Shown: positions 39,645-51,474 of the stretch, piece by piece
Layout: each line of letters starts with the position of its first letter
Numbering within the stretch: position 1 is the stretch's first letter
NCBI GenBank assembly: GCA_036785375.1
Contig: JAWMAR010000491.1
Coordinates: forward strand, 1,364,001-1,428,000
Direction of reading: 5' to 3'
Length of the DNA: 64,000 nucleotides
Source: Leucoraja ocellata
Lineage: Eukaryota
Translations under genes and position numbers: made by a program
The notes under the pieces: generated by a model
Seen by the model: only the letters and a program-made list of their open reading frames with translations
Told to the model about the DNA's origin: nothing
Database searches by the model: none

Positions 39645-40080
39645 GGGTGTAAGTGGGTGTTAAGTGGTGATTGAAGAGAGGTGCGTGGGAAAGGGTCCAG
39701 TCTTTGCAAATTGGAGTCATGCTTTAAGTTGGTGTGAAGTGGTGATTGGGGAGGAGTAGGTGAAGGGTCCAGTCTTTTCAAACTGGAATCAAGCTGTGAG
39801 TAGGTGTGAAGTGTTGGTTGGGGTTACCGGCGTTAAGATTCTGTTTATCGAAACTACAGTTGAATTCGTTCAGGTCGTTGGTCAGCTGACTATTGTCCAA
39901 GGACCGGGGGGTTTTCCTCTTGTAGCTTGTGATTTCTTGCAAACACTTCCATAGTGAAGAAGAGTCATTTGCTGAGAACTTGTTCCTCAAATTCTCAGAG
40001 TACCTTTCCTTGGCAGCTCTGATTCCTCTTCTTAGCTTGTACTTGTAGAGGTCTGCGTCCCCGCTCCTGTAGGATCTACC
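39645..40080 (-). mobile_element. Rex1/Babar LINE internal fragment
   Basis: 'YRSGDADLYKYKLRRGIRAAKERYS..SSLWKCLQEITSYK..LNEF', a typical Rex1 ORF segment. Confidence 0.7.
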
Positions 40081-40500
40081 CTTGCAAGCGTCAAAAATGC
40101 CTAAAGTCAAGTCAACACCTTGTAAAAAACTGAACGATTTAGTGAGAGTGTATGGGAGTGATATATTCTCTACAGACAATTGTGTGCTGTTTTGCAATGC
40201 ATGTGAGAAAACATCCTGGCTCTACTCATAAGCAATTGGTGACTGATTTATTGAAGGCTCTGCTGCTACCTAGGCAAATTTTGGTAATGAAGTGTAGCAC
40301 TCACACAAAGGGACAGACCCCGAAAGACATGGGGAATCGCTGTGCTGATCAAACAGCAAAGGAGGTATCCCTGGAACGCAAGGTGGTGGTGCCAAAGATG
40401 AGGCAATAAAAAGTTCAAGTAACAAATCTCACTCGAAAAAGCCACTGCCAACCATCTAGGAAATTATTCAGTTGCAAATAGATGCTCCTGAAGGGGGATA

Positions 40501-43500
40501 CAGTGGCTTGCAAAAGTTTTCATACCACTTGAACTTTTCCACATTTTGTTACGTTACAACCACAAACGTAAATGTATTTTATTGGGATTTTATGTGATAG
40601 ACCAACACAAAGTGGCGCATAATTGTGAAGTGGAAGGAAAATGATACATGGTTTTCACATTTTTTTACAAATAAAAAACTGAAAAAAGTGTGGTGTGCAA
40701 AAGTATTCAGCCCCCTTTACTCTGATACCCCTAAATAAAATCCAGTGCAACCAATTGCCTTCAGAAGTCACCTAATTAGTAAATAAAGTCCACTTGTGTG
40801 TAATCTAATCTCAGTATAAATACAGCTGTTCTGTGAAGGCCTCAGTGGTTTGTTAGAGTACATTAGTGAACAAACAGCATCATGAAGCCCAAGGAACACA
40901 CCAGACAGGTCAGGGATAAAGTTGTGGAGAAGTTTAAAGCAGGGTTAGGTTATAAAAAAATATCCAAAGCTTTGAACATCTCACGGACCACTGTTCAATC
41001 CATCATCCGAAAATGGAAAGAGTATGGCACAACTGCAAACCTACCAAGACATGGCCGTCCACCTAAACTGACAGGCCGGGCAAGGAGAGCATTGATCAGA
41101 GAAGCAGCCAAGAGGCCCATGATAACTCTGGAGGAGCTGCAGAGATCCACAGCTCAGGTGGGAGAATCTGTCCACAGGACAACTATTAGTCGTGCACTCC
41201 ACAAATCGGGCCTTTATGGAAGAGTGGCAAGAAGAAAGCCATTGTTGAAAAAAAGCCACAAGATGTCCCGTTTGCAGTTTGCCACAAACCATGTGGGGGA
41301 CACACCAAACATGTGGAGGAAGGTGCTCAGATGAGACCAAAATTGAAGTTTTTGGCCTAAATGCAAAACGCTATGTGTGGCGGAAAACTAACACTGCACA
41401 TCACCCTGAACACACCATCCCCACTGTGAAACATGGTGGTGGCAGCATCATGCTGTGGGGATGCTTTTCTTTAGCAGGGACAGGGAAGCTGGTCAGAGTT
41501 GATGGGAAGATGGATGGCGCCAAATACAGGGCAATCTTGGAAGAAAACCTGTTAAGAGTCTGCAAAAGACTTGAGACTGGGACGGAGGTTCACCTTCCAG
41601 CAGGACAACGACCCTAAACATAAAGCCAGAGCTACAATGGAATGGTTTAGATCAAAGCATATTCATGTTTCATTGTTTAAAAAGGGTTCTAAGAGTAAAC
41701 CTAGCAATTATAGACCTGTTAGTTTGACTTCAGTGGTGGGCAAATGGAAAAGATATTTAGAGATAATATATATAAGCATCTAGATAAACAGGGTCTGATT
41801 AGGAACAGTCAACATGGGTTTGTGCCTGGAAGGTCATGTTTGACTAATCTTCTTGAATTTTTTGAAGAGGTTACTAGGGAAATTGACGAGGGTAAAGCAG
41901 TGGATGTTGTCTATATGGACTTTAGTAAGGCCTTTGACAAGGTTCCTCATGGAAGGTTGGTTAAGAAGGTTCAACTGTTGGGTATAAATGCAGGAATAGC
42001 AAGATGGATTCAACAGTGGCTGAATGGGAGAAGCCAGAGGGTAATGGTGGATGGCTGTTTATCGGGTTGGAGGCAGGTGACTAGTGGGGTGCCTCAGGGA
42101 TCTGTGTTGGGTCCTTTGTTGTTTGTCATGTACATCAATGATCTGGATGAAGGCGTGGTAAATTGGATTAGTAAGTATGCAGATGATACCAAGATAGGGG
42201 GTGTTGTGGATAATGAAGAGGATTTCCAAAGTCTACAGAGTGATTTAGGCCATTTGGAAAAATGGGCTGAAAGATGGCAGATGGAGTTTAATGCTGATAA
42301 ATGTGAGGTGCTACACCTTGGCAGGACAAATCAAAATAGGATGTACATGGTAAATGGTAGGGAATTGAAGAATACAGTTGAACAGAGGGATCTGGGTATA
42401 ACCGTGCATAGTTCCTTGAAGGTGGAATCTCATATAGATAGGGTGGTAAAGAAAGCTTTTGGTATGCTAGCCTTTATAAATCAGAGCATTGAGTATAGAA
42501 GCTGGGATGTAATGTTAAAATTGTACAAGGCATTGGTGAGACCAAATCTGGAGTATGGTGTACAATTTTGGTCGCCCAATTATAGGAAGGATGTCAACAA
42601 AATAGAGAGAGTACAGAGGAGATTTACTAGAATGTTGCCTGGGTTTCAACAACTAAGTTACAGAGATAGGTTGAATAAGTTAGGTCTTTATTCTCTGGAG
42701 CGCAGAAGGTTAAGGGGGGACCTGATAGAGGTCTTTAAAATGATGAGAGGGATAGACAGAGTTGATGTGGACAAGCTTTTCCCTTTGAGAATAGGGAAGA
42801 TTCAAACAAGAGGACATGACTTCAGAATTAAGGGACAGAAGTTTAGGGGTAACATGAGGGGGAACTTCTTTACGCAGAGAGTGGTGGCGGTGTGGAATGA
42901 GCTCCCAGTGGAAGTGGTGGAGGCAGGTTCATTGGTATCATTTAAAAATAAATTGGATAGGCATATGGATGAGAAGGGAATGGAGGGTTATGGTACGAGT
43001 GCAGGCAGGTGGGACTAAGGGGAAAAAAATTTGTTCGGCATGGACTTGTAGGGCCGAGATGGCCTGTTTCCGTGCTGTAATTGTTATATGGTTATGTGTT
43101 AGAATGGCCCAGTCAAAGTCCAGACCTAAATCCAATTGTGAATCTCTGGCAAGACTTGAAAATTGCTGTTCACAGACGCTCTCCATCCAATCTGACTGAG
43201 CTTGAGCTATTTTGCAAAGAAGAATGGGCAAAAATGTCAGACTCTAGATGTGCAAAGCTGGTAGAGATATACCCCCAAAAGACTTGCAGCTGTAATTGCA
43301 GCGAAAGGCAGTTCTACAAAGTATTGACTCAGGGGGGCTGAATACTTTTGCACACCACACTTTTCAGTTTTTTATTTGTAAATAAATTTGAAAACCATGT
43401 ATCATTTTCCTCCACTTCACAATTATGCACCACTTTGTGTTGGTCTATCACATAAAATCCCAATAAAATACATTTACGTTTGTGGTTGTAACGTGACAAA

Positions 43501-43543
43501 ATGTGGAAAAGTTCAAGGGGTATGAAAACTTTGCAAGCCACTG
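40501..43543 (+). mobile_element. Tc1 (DD34E, Passport-like, IR/DR) transposon; transposase pseudogene 40882-43327
   Basis: TA TSDs; ~215-bp TIRs CAGTGGCTTGCAAAAG..; [59 protein letters not shown](V)NLW; frameshifts, catalytic E changed to V. Confidence 0.95.
41669..43093 (+). mobile_element. CR1 RT fragment inserted in the Tc1 transposase
   Basis: 424-aa RT ORF 41744-43018 (KYADD); splits transposase KHIH|VLEWPSQS; short ATGT duplication. Confidence 0.95.
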
Positions 43544-44804
43544 TATAATATTATGGAAACAGCTTGGATGTACAATAGATTGTATGTCGGGATTGTGGGT
43601 TACTCCAGCAGGGCAGACTGGTATGACAGATCTTCTTGCAGATTGGGTTGTGGAGTGCACGTATTTTGCGACTCACTGTGGTGCAAGAGCAATTGGTGAT
43701 GCTTTCAGCTACAAGGGTGGCATCCAAGATTACAAACTTTCGCCCAAAAAGTGAGTAGTTGCTGTATTATTTGTCAGAAATATAATCCTGGGAAAGGAGT
43801 GGGTTGTGAGGATGGAAGAACACCTTTGCCCATGGGTCCTTTTGAAACTCTTCAAATGGATTATGTCGAGCTGGAGAAGTGCCAAGGATATTGATATATA
43901 CTTGTGATTGTCGATGTATTCAGCAAATGGATCGAGGCCTGCCCAACACTTGATAACAAAGCGGCTACTGTTGTCAAGGTGCTCCTGCAAGAAATTATCC
44001 CTAGATTCTGTATCCCAATTCGGCTTAGTTCTGACAATGGTCCTCATTTCATTGGGCAAATTAATAAAGAATTCTGTGAACAGCTGGGCATCCAACAGCA
44101 ACTGCACTGTGCTTATCGACCACAGGCTGCTGGACCTGTCAAATGTGCAAATCAGACCCTGAAAACTAAATTAGCTAAATTGAAGGCGGAGACAGGAATT
44201 AGTTGGATCAAATTACTCCCTGTAGCTTTGTTTCAGATGTGTGTCACGCCTGCAGGGAAATCGAGACTGAGCCCAGCTGAAATTGTTTATGGATGTCCTT
44301 TAAGAACCCCGTCGAGCCAAAATGCCACAGAGGCAGTGTTTCCATCACATGACTACGGAGATGACCAATTACGTTCTGACCTTGCCTCAGGCACTAAGGG
44401 ATTTGCATACTAGGGTGCGAGCAATATATAATGAATTACCTCCTTTGGTTTCTTCCATTAAGGTCAAGCCTGGTGATTATGTACTAGTGAAGAATTGGGT
44501 AAGGAAAGGTTTGGAGGCTTGGTGGGAGGGACCTTACCAGGGTCTCCTGACGATTCCAACCACTGTTAAGGTAGAAGGAAGGAATGCGTGGGTCCATCTT
44601 CACCATTGTAAGAGTATTAGTGGAAGAGTGAGCTGCTAACTTGTTTAATTCAAGGATTTTTTTTAGGTATAGGAACATCGTACCCATCGAGAATCAAGAG
44701 TACATTAAGCTAACGTGATGGACAAAGAGGATTCATGCCCATGCAAACTCGGGAGATGGAGACTCGTCAGTCAGAAATCATGAAAAATCAGGAAGTTATT
44801 TAGA

Positions 44805-45299
44805 GTTTAAACAAAGCCTATATTTTACTCAGAAATAAAATATGTGGTGTATGGATTTTTCTTTACGGAAGTAATCTTGCAGCTCACGGAAGAAAACGAG
44901 AATTGATGATTCTCCATATTGGTTCTTTATTCAAAGGCTCCACTGAAGACTTTTACTTATTTGCTGTTCCAAAAGAATAAATGTAAATCTATCAGGAAAT
45001 TTATAAGCAGTCTTTTAAAACTCTTTCATCGACACAATAGTTGCTCCTCACCGTAGCATTTTCAATTAGCTTCAAGATGTTTGCAGGACATAAATATTAA
45101 TCGTCTTCTAAAGTAATATTCATATTTGTAGTTTCTAAGATATTTAATGAAAGATCATTCTGCCTTGCTATCAAAAATTCCTTCAATGGCCATATTTATT
45201 CTATTTCAACTAACCAACTCGCGTACCTCTGGACGTTTTGCTTTTTCTATGTTGTTACCAACGTTTAATTAACCGAGGAAATGCAAGAGAAGACAGGAA
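44805..45299 (+). repeat. Copy of host segment 50179-50674 inside the ERV, flanked by duplicated viral sequence (44622-44807 / 45296-45457)
   Basis: Direct visual alignment, about 25 differences in ~495 bp; junction microhomologies GTT and GGAA. Confidence 0.95.
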
Positions 45300-45498
45300 G
45301 AGTGAGCTGTTAACTTGTTTTCATCAAGGATTTTTTTTTAGGTATAGGAACATCGTACCCATCGAGAGTCAACTGTACATTAAGCTGCCCATGCAAACTC
45401 GGGAGATGGAGACTCGTCAGTCAGAAACCATGAAAAATCGGGAAGTTATTTAGAGTTCTGATAAAGTAAATTGCCATCATTGTTAAATTGTAGAACAG

Positions 45499-45604
45499 AA
45501 ACAGTATTGGTGTTGTATAATAAAGGGAGTTGGATTCCAGTGTTTTGTATTTTTGATGTTTGACTGAACCAGACTAGGGGGGTAAGATTAGGACCGGAAT
45601 TACA
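45499..45604 (+). repeat. ERV 3' LTR remnant
   Basis: Matches the 5' remnant; AATAAA at 45519-45524; ends TTACA. Confidence 0.85.
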
Positions 45605-46307
45605 TAATCAGTACCTTGTCAAAGATTTTGCTAACTCCATGTACACGAGGTCTTCTGCACTTTCCCCGTCAATTTTCCTTGTCATCGCTTCAAAAAATAA
45701 AAACATTATGAGACAAACCTCCCATAAACAAAGCCATGCTGACAATCCTTTTTGCCCTTCCTTACTACCCTCTTAAATGTAAAAAGGTGAAAGTTATTTA
45801 ACCAGTATCCAGGGGTCTAGCAAATTTCATTCCTGCAAATGCTTCGAACTTAACTTGAAAGAAAGAAATTCAACTTTTAAATTTCACAGGTGATCATATG
45901 GCAGTAAAATATCATTAATTTATTCAACTACCAAGTTATTTGAAAAAAAAAAATCATGTTTTTCAGGGAAGGAAACCTTCAATCCTTAACCAGTCTCCTC
46001 TCCACTATCACAGCCGGATCCCCTCCTGATGCCTCTGTGGTGCAGACCCAGGCCCCAGCCACAGGGCTCCAGTTCCGACCCACGGTGGGGTCCCCCCTCC
46101 AGTTCAGGTAAAATCTGTCCCTCTTGTCCAGGTCATCTCTGCCCCAGAAGAGATCCCAATGGTCCAAAAATATGAATCCCTATCTCCTGCACCAAATCAG
46201 CCATGACAGCACTGTCCCAAGTTCATATACTACCATCATTAACATGTGGCACAGGGAATAATCTGTAGATCACTGTCTTAGAAGTCCTGCGTTTTACCTT
46301 TGCCTAA

Positions 46308-46489
46308 TGCCCCTGTCCCACTTAGGAAACCTGAACGGAAACCTCTGGAGCCTTTGTGCCCACCGTGCGGTTCCCGGAGGTTTTTGTCAGTCTCCCTACC
46401 TGCAACCTCCGGGAACCGCACGGAAACCTTGGGTGGGGCGCAAAGTCTCCAGAGGTTTCCGTTCAGGTTTCCTAAGTGGGACAGGGGCA
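46308..46489. mobile_element. PIF/Harbinger-type MITE
   Basis: About 43-bp perfect TIRs TGCCCCTGTCCCACTTAGGAAACC..; TAA TSD. Confidence 0.9.
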
Positions 46490-47158
46490 TAACTCCCTAT
46501 ATTCATTGTGCAGCACCTCAACCCTTTTCCTATTTATGCCAATGTGCACAACAACTTTTGGCTGCTCACTTTCCCCCTTGAGAATGTTCTGCAGCCGCTC
46601 TAAGACTTCCTGGATCGTGGCACCAGGGAAACTGCACACCATCCTGGAGTGTCATTTGTAGCCACACAATCTCCTGTTTGTCCCCTTAATGATAATCTCC
46701 TGTCACTGTAGTCCTATCTGACTTCAGCCTATCGTACCGTGCCTCAGAGCCAGGTCTAGTGTACAGACCCTTTCTGCTGGTAACACAGCCTTATAACTAA
46801 AAAAACTAGACATTCCGGTGTTCAAGTTGTTGACTTTGTGTGTCAGTGTGACCAGACATGTTTAGCATAGCACTGATGGGAAACAATGCAGAGCTTGTGT
46901 TCAGTTCCCATCGTATGAAGTGTTGCCCATGATCATGGCAAGATGGAAGAACAGTTCAGTTCCCACATATCCAGATCAATATCAGTTCCACAAATCTACA
47001 TTATTTAATAATCATTATCTAATTATTATCACATCACTGTTCTATGGAAGCCTACCATGGACATATTATCCACCAAGTGACTATATTTCACAATGATTCA
47101 ATACATTTTTCAAGGGCAGGTTTACTTTAGTTTAGAGACACAGCATGGAAACTGGCAC

Positions 47159-47247
47159 ACAAAAAAAGCTGGAGAAACTCAGCGGGTGCAGCAGCATCTA
47201 TGGAGCGAAGGAAATAGGCAACGTTTCGGGCCGAAACCCTTCTTCAG
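47159..47247 (-). mobile_element. Penelope-like ~90-bp unit with hammerhead core (47219-47247)
   Basis: Core identical to the one at 37711; 11-bp TSD GAAACTGGCAC (47148-47158, 47247-47257). Confidence 0.85.
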
Positions 47248-48004
47248 AAACTGGCACTTTGGCCCTGAGTCCATGTCAACTATTGATCACCCATTCACAT
47301 TGGTTCTGTGCTCTCCCACTTTTGTATCCACTCCCTGCACACCAGGGACAATTTACAGAGGTCACTTACCTACAACTCTACAGGTCTTTGGAATGTGGGA
47401 GGAAACCAGAGCACCCGGAGGAAATCCACATGGTTCACAGGGAGAACGTGCAAACTCTTGTTGAGAGATTAAATGTCAGCAGTTTACATTGGTTTTTCAC
47501 CACGTTTACTTTTTCATAATCTCACTGAGGTTCAAAGGTTCGAGACCCACAACAGTCTATGAGCATTGACATCAGGGGATCGTACATTACTTAATTTCAA
47601 GGTAAATAGATCACTTGGGATAAGGAAAGGTAATAGGTCTGAGAATGTGGACTCAGAAAAATGAATCACTGCTTTGGCTGTGATTCACCTAATCTCAGGT
47701 ATTCACGCTTTGTCTTACCCACTTTTCTGAATTTTCCCCGTTGCATTACTTCTCCCAGATCCGTGCCACATATTTGCAAGTTTAATCCATCTCTTTGTTC
47801 AACCCGACTTGATTTTCTTCTAAAAATAATATAATTGTTTCAACACTAACAAAGATAATGCGGTACTCAGCCAGCAATAAATAAAAAGTTCAAACATTTT
47901 CCTTTTACGGCACGTTACGAAACAATCAATGAAAATGTACAAATGCAGAGTAATAAAAACGTCTGCTGCAGACATACAGAAAGTAGCACAAAATCTAACT
48001 CAAT

Positions 48005-50630
48005 AAATCACAGCATCGAGATTTATTTTGAAACATTATATTCACATATTACAATCATTGTATCGTAGTCAATGGAAAATGACATCAGATCTACAAACAC
48101 AACTTTCAAGACAGATCTGCAAAAAAGAACTAAACAGATCTGTTTTAAAAAAATCCATGGCAAAAAAGCAGATAAAATATTTCAAAAAATAACAATAAGC
48201 CTTTACAAAATCTCCACAAATCTGTATAATGTGCTGTTACCTTGAAACTGCTCAGAATGGTATATGTGCTGGCTGATTATATTGGATAGTCACAGATATT
48301 CTTAAAACAAGATTGCAGTGCAAACCCAAAATAAGGGCAAGTATGAGGGTACTGTGAAGATTTATTGGACTTTTGAGTTGGGAGAGAGGACTATTTGTAA
48401 ATGGCAAGAACAGTTCTGCAAGGCCTGTAACTAATGCCGTAGCCAAAAAGACTCAAGTCACTGGGTTACGTAACAATAAAATTATGATTCGATAACAAGG
48501 TATCTTGGGGGAAAAAAATCAACATGTGATGTATTAAGGCCTCTACAATTTTGATTAAATATGAACTCTGACACTTCAAAACTCCTTCATTTTATTTTCT
48601 ACACAATTCTTCTTGAGGAGGGGTCTAAAAAAATGGAGAGGATACAATGAGCACTATTTCGAGTTCCATTTAGAAAAATGCATGGGCTGGTTATTTTCTC
48701 ATCATTCATTACTGCAGTGATAACTATTAACATTTTTAAAACACGATGCTATATTTTTACGATGACTAGTTCTCCGTGCAAACTAAAACCTGCAGCACCA
48801 GCAAGCCAGAACAAGTATTAGGTCCCACTAGCTAGTATTTCCCAAATGTGTTTGGAACAACAAATTGCATAGTAATGTGCAACAAAAGCTTTTGCCAAAT
48901 TACCATTGGTATACTTTTTTAAACCTGAAGATCTGACCAAGCCCAATGTCCATATTATTATAAATTTACACTTCAAATTTCATCATGATCCAGATGAATA
49001 TTAAAACTGTGAAGGAAAATTAAAAGTTTAACTATTTTTGAGAATTGCTAGTGCAGGCCCAAATATTATCATGACTTGCATGTGCCAGTAGAGGTTAGAC
49101 AGCCAAAGTTACAATCTAATAATGATGAAACTTTGAAGAATCTAGTATACAGTACTTGTATAATAACCGTGCAAATACGTTTTGCATAATAAAATTGCGC
49201 ATTCACCAGCCATGACTGTAGTCATGATTGAAATTTGTATAGAGATCAACATTTTCTATAGAAATAGGTATCTAAAACTAAATTTGACTGGTTTACCTCA
49301 CCATTAGTGCTTCGTAGATTTTTTTTTCTTAATTTTCAGAAAATAATCTAAACAATAAGTACTGAAAGTGATGAGCATGAATGGTCAATTCTTGAACAAG
49401 CAAAACATACTAACTACAGATAGCTACTGTAGTGAATTGCTAACTACTAAAAGTAAAATAATCTCTTCAATGTTTATTCTCACAGTACACATAGAAGTAC
49501 AATAAATAGTGTGGAAAAATTAGAACTGTTTTTTGTTTTTCAAACCACAGCTTGCAACCCCCTTAACGCATATAATATTTAAATACTATATATTATATAA
49601 ATGTAGTACTGTATATATAGAAGCAACATTTTTCTAATTTCAGCATACAAAATGACTTGCAGAAGTTACCAAAAAATACTAGCAATTGGAATATGGCTTC
49701 TGATGAAAATAAGTAGAGGGAAACAACTCTGCTGGCTTTATCTACACCTACAATAAATGTCATTTCAAGTAGCTACTAAAGACTAAAGCATAGAATTGAG
49801 GAGATTGAGGAGGTGTTTTTCCAGCACATGTACAAAAAACACCATGCATAATTATGTCACAAATATAAGCGTTTACATTTCTTTACTGATAAGTGATTAC
49901 CAGTATTTTAATCTATTGCGATCAGATAGCTCATATTTTACTCCAACTGCAGAATCAGGCGAGGGCAAACTATTACATCAGACTGAACCAAACTGCACAG
50001 TTGATGTTAAGAGCTTGCTAAAATCTAAAAAAAAAAAAAAATTGTGCTCAAAGATATCTCCAAAATTAAACTTCAGTAAAAATGTAATAAAATCCCAAAC
50101 TGTACAAATTTGACCCTTAACAATAGCTATATACAAAAGTTATTTTCAGTTGTATTAAAACTTTGGCAATGTGGAAATGTTTAAAAAAAAGCCTATATTT
50201 TACTCAGAAATAAAATGTGTGGTGTATGGATATTTCTTTATGGAAGTAATCTTGCAGCTCACAGAAGAAAACGAGAATTGATGATTCTCCATATTGGTTC
50301 TTTATCCAAAGGCTCCACTGAAGACTTTTACTTATTTGCTGTTCCTAAAGAATAAAAGTAAATCTATCAGGAAATGTATAAGCAGTCTTTTAAAACTCTT
50401 TCATAGATACAATAGTTGCTCCTCACCGTAGCATTTTCCATTAGCTTCAAGATGTTTGCAGGACATAAATATTAATCGTCTTCTAAAGTAATATTCATAT
50501 TTGCAGTTTCTAAGATATTTAATGAAAGATCATTCTGCCTTGCTATCAAAAATTCCTTTAATGGCCATATTGATTCTATTTCATCTAACCAACCCACGTA
50601 CCTCTGGATGTTTTGCTTTTTCTATGTTGT
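48005..50630 (-). other. ZHX1: Probable ZHX1 terminal non-coding (3'UTR) exon
   Basis: Repeat-free AT-rich 2.6 kb; minus-strand AATAAA at 48022-48027; pyrimidine tract and AGs near 50620-50680; ZHX1 CDS ends at a splice donor. Boundaries approximate. Confidence 0.55.
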
Positions 50631-50712
50631 TACTCGGATTTAAATAACCGAGGAAATGCAAGAGAAGACAGGAATAAATTAATTCCATACGTCAATTGGG
50701 AATGATCTATAC

Positions 50713-51474
50713 CGGGGTCTCCACATCTGGCATGCCACGAGATTTTACCTGGCCCGTAGCAACACGTTCCGCGCGGCGGGCTATTTAGTGGGTTTTGTGG
50801 TAGCGCGGGAATTTACACGTCAGTTTGCCATAGGCTATCAAGTTGAGGGTTTGTGTGTAGCTGCTAACAGGTTACCGGTAGTTGTATGTGACGGATACTC
50901 AGGGGTGCAGTGCTGTAAAACAAAAGCCAAAATAAACAGCGGGAAATTTTAATTAGGGGGTGTGTGGTCAGGGTAACCTGGTTGAAAGAGTGGGAAGGGG
51001 AAGTCCCATCACTACTGAGGTTCCCTGTAGGATGGGGGGGGGGGGGGGGGGGGGAGAGGGGGTGGAGAAAGAACACTAGAACGCAGCAGAGCCAGACCAT
51101 GTGCTGTCTGCATAGTGGAAGTTGTGGGCCTGGTGCTGAGCTTGGAACTCTGGTGAGGTGACGCCTCCAGCCCGCTGGTGGCCAGTGGAGAGGCGAGGGT
51201 CGGCAGAGTCACTGGTGGAGGCCCCAGGTGGTGGGCTGGAGTAGAGATATGGGTTGGTGCCAGCAGCATCGATGGCCCCGGGGAGACAGTGAAGATCGGC
51301 GACAGCAGCGGCACTGCTGAGTTAGTGGGTGGGTGTGTGAGCGCGCGTGTGTATGTGTGTGTGAGCGCGTGTATGGGTATGAGCGCGTGTATGTGTGTGA
51401 GTGTGTGTGTGTTGCCCTAAAAAAATATGCCAAATATACAATATGGCCCTCAAGCTGAAAAGTTGAGGTCCCTG
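50713..51474. mobile_element. hAT-Charlie-type non-autonomous element
   Basis: Degenerate TIRs CGGGGTCTCCA / TTGAGGTCCCTG; perfect 8-bp TSD ATCTATAC. Confidence 0.8.

Larger units (their letters stand above)
37604..40224. mobile_element. Non-autonomous hAT element inside ERV RNase H (carries CR1, hammerhead unit, Rex1 fragment)
   Basis: Perfect 12-bp TIR TAGAGCCAGGAT / ATCCTGGCTCTA; 8-bp TSD CCCATAAG/CTCATAAG; RNase H reading resumes HKQLVTDLLKALLLP. Confidence 0.88.
34876..44639 (+). pseudogene. pol: ERV pro-pol (disrupted, interrupted by three DNA transposons)
   Basis: FLLDTGAS; QQYPL..CNTPILAV..YRLV; LPQGF; LVQDVDDLLVAS; DGSA, VNIYTDSRYAFG, LLKALLLP..HTKG (RNase H); LQMDY, VDVFSKWIEA, SDNGPHF, AYRPQ, WEGPYQ..WVHLHHCK (integrase). 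Confidence 0.9.
32154..45604 (+). mobile_element. Decayed class I (gamma/epsilon-like) endogenous retrovirus, env-less, with nested insertions
   Basis: Paired LTR remnants ending ...GACCGGAATTACA, PBS-Pro, gag (PPPY, degenerate CCHC), protease (LDTGA), RT (LPQG, xVDD), RNase H, integrase with GPY module. Confidence 0.92.

Noticed and set aside
44640-45500. ERV env gene
   Set aside because: No long ORF or TM/ISD motif; the interval is a viral duplication plus captured host DNA.
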